A DNA stretch of 64,000 nucleotides from Eledone cirrhosa (lineage: Eukaryota), in NCBI GenBank assembly GCA_964016885.1, contig OZ024740.1, forward strand, positions 172,112,001-172,176,000, given 5' to 3'. Position numbers and translations under genes: made by a program. The notes under the pieces were generated by a model. That model was not told the DNA's origin, did not search any database, and saw only the letters and a list, made by a program, of their open reading frames with translations. This document shows, in pieces, positions 59,040 to 64,000 of this stretch (position 1 is the first letter of the stretch; the number at the start of each line of letters is the position of its first letter).

Positions 59040-59250
59040 ATCCGTGAGGGTGACCACGTCTGGCGAGGTCTGAACGCTATATTTCTTGATCTGGAGTGCT
59101 AGAAACATTCCGTGAGGGTGACCACATTTCGAGAGGTCTGAACGCCATATTATTTCTTGATCTGAGGTGGTAGACGAATTCCGTGAAGGTGATCACATTT
59201 GAAGAGGTCTGTACGCTGTATTATTTTTTGATCTGGGATTGTAGACGTAA
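59040..59250. repeat. About 70-bp tandem repeat x3
   Basis: TCCGTGAGGGTGACCAC..GAGGTCTGAACGC..TTGATCTG repeated. Confidence 0.8.
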
Positions 59251-62199
59251 TTCGTCTGTCAGTTTAACAGCAAACAATAGCCAAAGAACATGTAACCACT
59301 TCCTGTGTTACGTCGTAGCCTCGAAGTGGGAAATGGAGAATCTGGGAAGTACAAAGGGGTTCACGCATGCGTAATGACGTAATTTCAAATGGCCAAATGA
59401 GGGATTTACAAAATTGACGTTTACAGTAAACTTTATACCAACAATAAGTAATAAAATCCTTAATTTTTTTAAATATTGGTTTTCACAAAAGCCGAGTGAT
59501 ATTACAAGCAACGCCTGGACCTTTGGTGTCTTTAATAATGTCCATTCCTTTTGCAAGGAGAATCTTTTTAACTGAGCATAACATCTTGGTTCATGGCCAA
59601 GTACGTTGGAGTCTTTGATAACTGTCAAAACACAATAGTAATTTTTTTTATTATTATACCCTATCTCCTCGACTATAATAGTGTTTTATTTTTAATCTTC
59701 AGAGTCGTTAGTTGATAGAATTTTGAGGATAAAATTTAGGATTTTTCCTATAAATTTTGATGCTTTTTGAACGAATATAGACTTCAAAACTCTCGTGTTT
59801 CCCCTACGCCAAAAATAAGCCCTAGCATGATTTTTGATGTTGCTGTCCCATTTCCCCCTAATCATACCCCGTCAACCTTATTCGAGACAAAAGACACAGT
59901 GACACAGTGATTAATGTAGTGCTGTATATTTATGTGTGCATTTTATTTTTTATCGCATTCCTAAGAAAAATATCGTCGTTGGTTACATGTTTTCAACACG
60001 TAAATCTCTGGTTCAGCGCATTTACCGAGTATTTAATTCAATGCAGAACATATATCGCATTAACTCTGATTGTGTAGACATTCTGTCCTTTTTATTTATT
60101 TATCTAAAACTACGTTGTCCAATATGTCCTTCAGACATTAAGAGTGGGTGTTATTTAAGGGAATTTGGCTAGCATTTCTATCAAGTCATGAAATTGGGTA
60201 GAAGCTCCCTCACTGTAGTCCGCGTGTTAAAGGTATTTTATTATTCTTTCAGAAGAAGAAAAAAAATCAAAATAGACTAATGTGAGACTTATTAGGAGCA
60301 TATTTAAAATAAGGGATAAAGAAATCACACAGAAACGCCACTCAAAAGAAATAGGAAGAGCCAAGCCATTGCTAACATAGTTAATGCAGTGGGCACGGAA
60401 AGGCCAACTAGAAACATTTATAATATTATTTTAAGTATTCTGGCAAATACGGGAAATAACTTCAGACATGTTTCGGTCTTATTAGACTTCATTGTAGTAG
60501 TGATTAATATATCATAATGTAAATGTAGAACAATGTATACTTGTTGGCGAAGAAAATTGGCACGTTATAAAGATAAATTACCGAGAGAGCCATTCAGACG
60601 AAAAACAACAATCAAACCACTACAATAATATTCAATACAGTGGGAGTATGTTGGCACTAGCTTGATTTATTGGAAGAATGGCCATATCAAGCCAATAAAG
60701 AGCCCGTGGAATATATTATGAATTAAATTATGCCTGGAGCATATAATTTAAATTTAAAAAATAAATAGCTCTAAATTAAATTTGTCTTATTATAATTACT
60801 TTTATGAAACCAAGTGCATATTTGAAGACGCAGAGGAGGAACAAATCTGGTCGGTATTGATTTAATAAATGTGTATTCCATCGGAGAGACAAATTATAAT
60901 TACTGTATACAGATCAGCCTAGACGGAAGAGTAATGGTAATGAGTACAAGGATTTCGCTATTTTGTAATTTTACCGAAAGCTTGATACTATTTACATGTC
61001 AACGGAAGGCGGGGATTTAAACGTGGTGAATTATGTCGCGAATTTAAATTCCTCTATAGATCCTGATTTCGTTTTAAGCCAAAACCCAACATCATATGAA
61101 TTCACTAATATACAACATTAATATGTAAGCAACTATAAAGCAAGTATCAAGTCAATTTATTTATGTAGTTTAACGTTGAAAATATGACTACATTAAGTTA
61201 AATGTATTATTTGTGATAGTTTTGATTAACACAATGTTAAAGTAGAAACTGTTCAAAATAAAATTATTGTTATCTGTTTAAAAATTCAGATTTGATTTAT
61301 TTGATCAACCTTAAACACCCAGTCATTTATAAAAGCTGAAAGTAGAATATTATAACTAGAAACAAAAGCCTTTTAATAGTCGCAATCCAAGTGAAGCTTT
61401 TGTGATGCGGCAAGAATAAATAAACAAGTGAGCTTGTGTTTGTGAATAATAAATGTTTATTTTCTGCTAATAGAATTGATTGTTTATGACCGATCGATAG
61501 AGAACACTGTATGAAATAGTGAGATCTCCGGAATGAAGAAGTATAATTATACAATGCAGGTTACATACAAGAAATATCAACAAGAAAGTTATTAACAGAC
61601 TATTTCTAGTTCATTTAAAGGAGTATAGAAATATGTTAACATGTTTATACACCCGAGAGCATTTGTCTCTAAGTGTTCGTGTATCTGATTGTAAATATAC
61701 ATAATCTCAGGTATATGTCTTGGGCAGTAGAGAATCTAAGTGATTGGGAGAAAAAGAATGAGAGAAAATAAGAGGCAGATAGTGTTAGTTCTGACAGAAG
61801 CAGACTAAAGCCAGCTGACTGATAGTTATGTTTAATGGAAACTTTTATAGCTTAGAGATAGTTCCATTTAGTGGTGATTTTTATAACTGGTGTGATTTTC
61901 TCGCCTTAAGATGGTCCTGGATACTTATCGAAAGTGGCTGTCCGACATAAAATAGGAAGTAAATTTTCTTCAAAGCACACCAAACCGATTTTAAAACGAT
62001 TCATTGTCCAGTGTAGTCTGAAGTAAAGTATTACTAGAGAAAAAACCCCGGATGGTCATGGATAGAATACCTTCGATTAATGAGTCTGCAGGATTAGAAT
62101 AGAATTGGAGTCTTAACAATATCAATTACTCACCGTTAGTAACAATGGCAGTAAGGGCTACGGCATCTATAAAACCACAATTATTATTACTAGTACTAC

Positions 62200-62585
62200 C
62201 GAGGGCGGGGGATTGGCAGTATCGGTAGAGTCGGACGCCATGCTTTGCAGATTAGAGTTACGGTCCTTTACGGTCTGAGTTCAAATCCCGCCGAGGTTAA
62301 CTTTACCTTTCATCCTTACGGGGTCGATAAAATAAAGCACCAGTAATGTACTGGGTCGATTTAATCGACTGTCCCCTCCCCCCAAAATTACTGGCCTTGT
62401 GCCTATACTAGATATTATTATTGGTCGGACGCCATGCTTTGACACATAGAGTTACGGTCCTTGCCATTCTGAGTTCAAATCCCGCCGAGGTTAACTTTGC
62501 CTTTCATCCTCACGGGGTCGATGAAATAAAGTACCAGTAATGCAATGGGTAATTACTGGCCTTGTGCCAAAAGTAGAAACAATTA
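62200..62585 (+). mobile_element. Two tandem S1 SINEs
   Basis: One full and one 5'-truncated copy matching 52716-52901. Confidence 0.85.
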
Positions 62586-62992
62586 TTACTACTACTACTG
62601 CTGCTGCTACGGTTACCAACCTAACAGCAGCAACAAATTGTCAGTTCATTCATTGAGTCGTTTCCTTGGAAGTTGATAGCGATGGACATGTGTATATGTG
62701 GATGTGTGCATGCGTGTGTGACGAAAGAGTTCCAATAACTTGTATAATAGTGTGAACATTAGACTGTCACATAAGTGCGTGAAAAGGTGACAAACGTGAT
62801 AGATTATCAAGTAAAGGAAAGTATTTTTAAAACCAGAAGTTGAAATTGCCTACCTTTATAATACATGAAAAGAGCTTCAGATTGTAAATTGTTTCATAGC
62901 TGACTGAATCAACTCTGTTATGTCATCACGGAAAATGTTATCTTTTTCTCATTATCCCCCCACCCCCCACACACACACACTCTATATATATA

Positions 62993-63048
<56 letters not shown>

Positions 63049-63240
63049 TATATAATATTGATTCTCTGAGAGATTCATCTCATTGAGATGTTTAAGTATT
63101 AGAGACTAATTAACCTTTAATTGATATATATATATATATATATATATAATGTAGGAGGTGAGTTTTATTGTAGTACAATAAAGCAATGCAGATATCGGAT
63201 AAGAAGCACTCTACAGTTTGTGGGACTGGAGTATGCATAA

Positions 63241-63631
<391 letters not shown>

Positions 63632-64000
63632 GCGAATTGGCAGAGTCGTTAGAACATCGGATAGAACGCTCTATGGTATTCGTTCCGGTTCTCTGAGTTC
63701 AGATCTCGCCGAGGTCAACTTTGGCTTCCATCCTTTGGATGTCGATAAAAAAGGTAGTACTGGGGTCGATTGTTCCTCTCTCTGGAAGAAATCTGCTGTA
63801 CTCAGGCCTGGAGAAGGATGGGCTCCGCCAGGCTTGAAATGCCCAAGAAACGCCGTATGTCAATACGGTGTCATTACGTTTCCTTTCTCTTTTCACTATC
63901 TTTCTATGTCATTTTTTTATTTCATTCTATATTCTGATAATAGTGCCCGAAACGTAAAGATTCTTTTCCCACTATATCAAGCGTTAAACTAATATATTTT

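Noticed and set aside
60500-60860. Possible second GIY-YIG remnant (EYVGTS)
   Set aside because: Too short and interrupted to support by eye.

Overview
AT-rich, repeat-saturated eukaryotic DNA with no recognisable host gene. The (TA)n/(CA)n density and SINE types suggest a coleoid cephalopod such as an octopus (inference). Most ORFs in the track ([12 protein letters not shown]) are microsatellite artefacts. Real coding remnants: a near-full-length, frameshifted Penelope-like retroelement (PLE; RT plus C-terminal GIY-YIG, minus strand, with 1.1-kb direct repeats), a Chapaev3-like transposase end, RTE-like LINE fragments and Helitron RepHel fragments. There are also SINEs, MITEs and non-autonomous Helitrons. 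The main hidden signal is about 22 near-intact and about 6 decayed type I hammerhead ribozyme (HHR) motifs, read by eye, from about 11 unrelated sequence families. They sit in short non-coding units whose ribozyme-sense 3' ends abut (TA)n tracts. The units occur as tandem arrays (310 and 595 bp), monomer-plus-overlap copies (about 420-510 bp) or fold-back inverted pairs. This looks like a retrozyme-like community mobilised by a TA-targeting PLE such as the one in this window. HHRs in PLEs and retrozymes are known; whether these families are described cannot be checked here.
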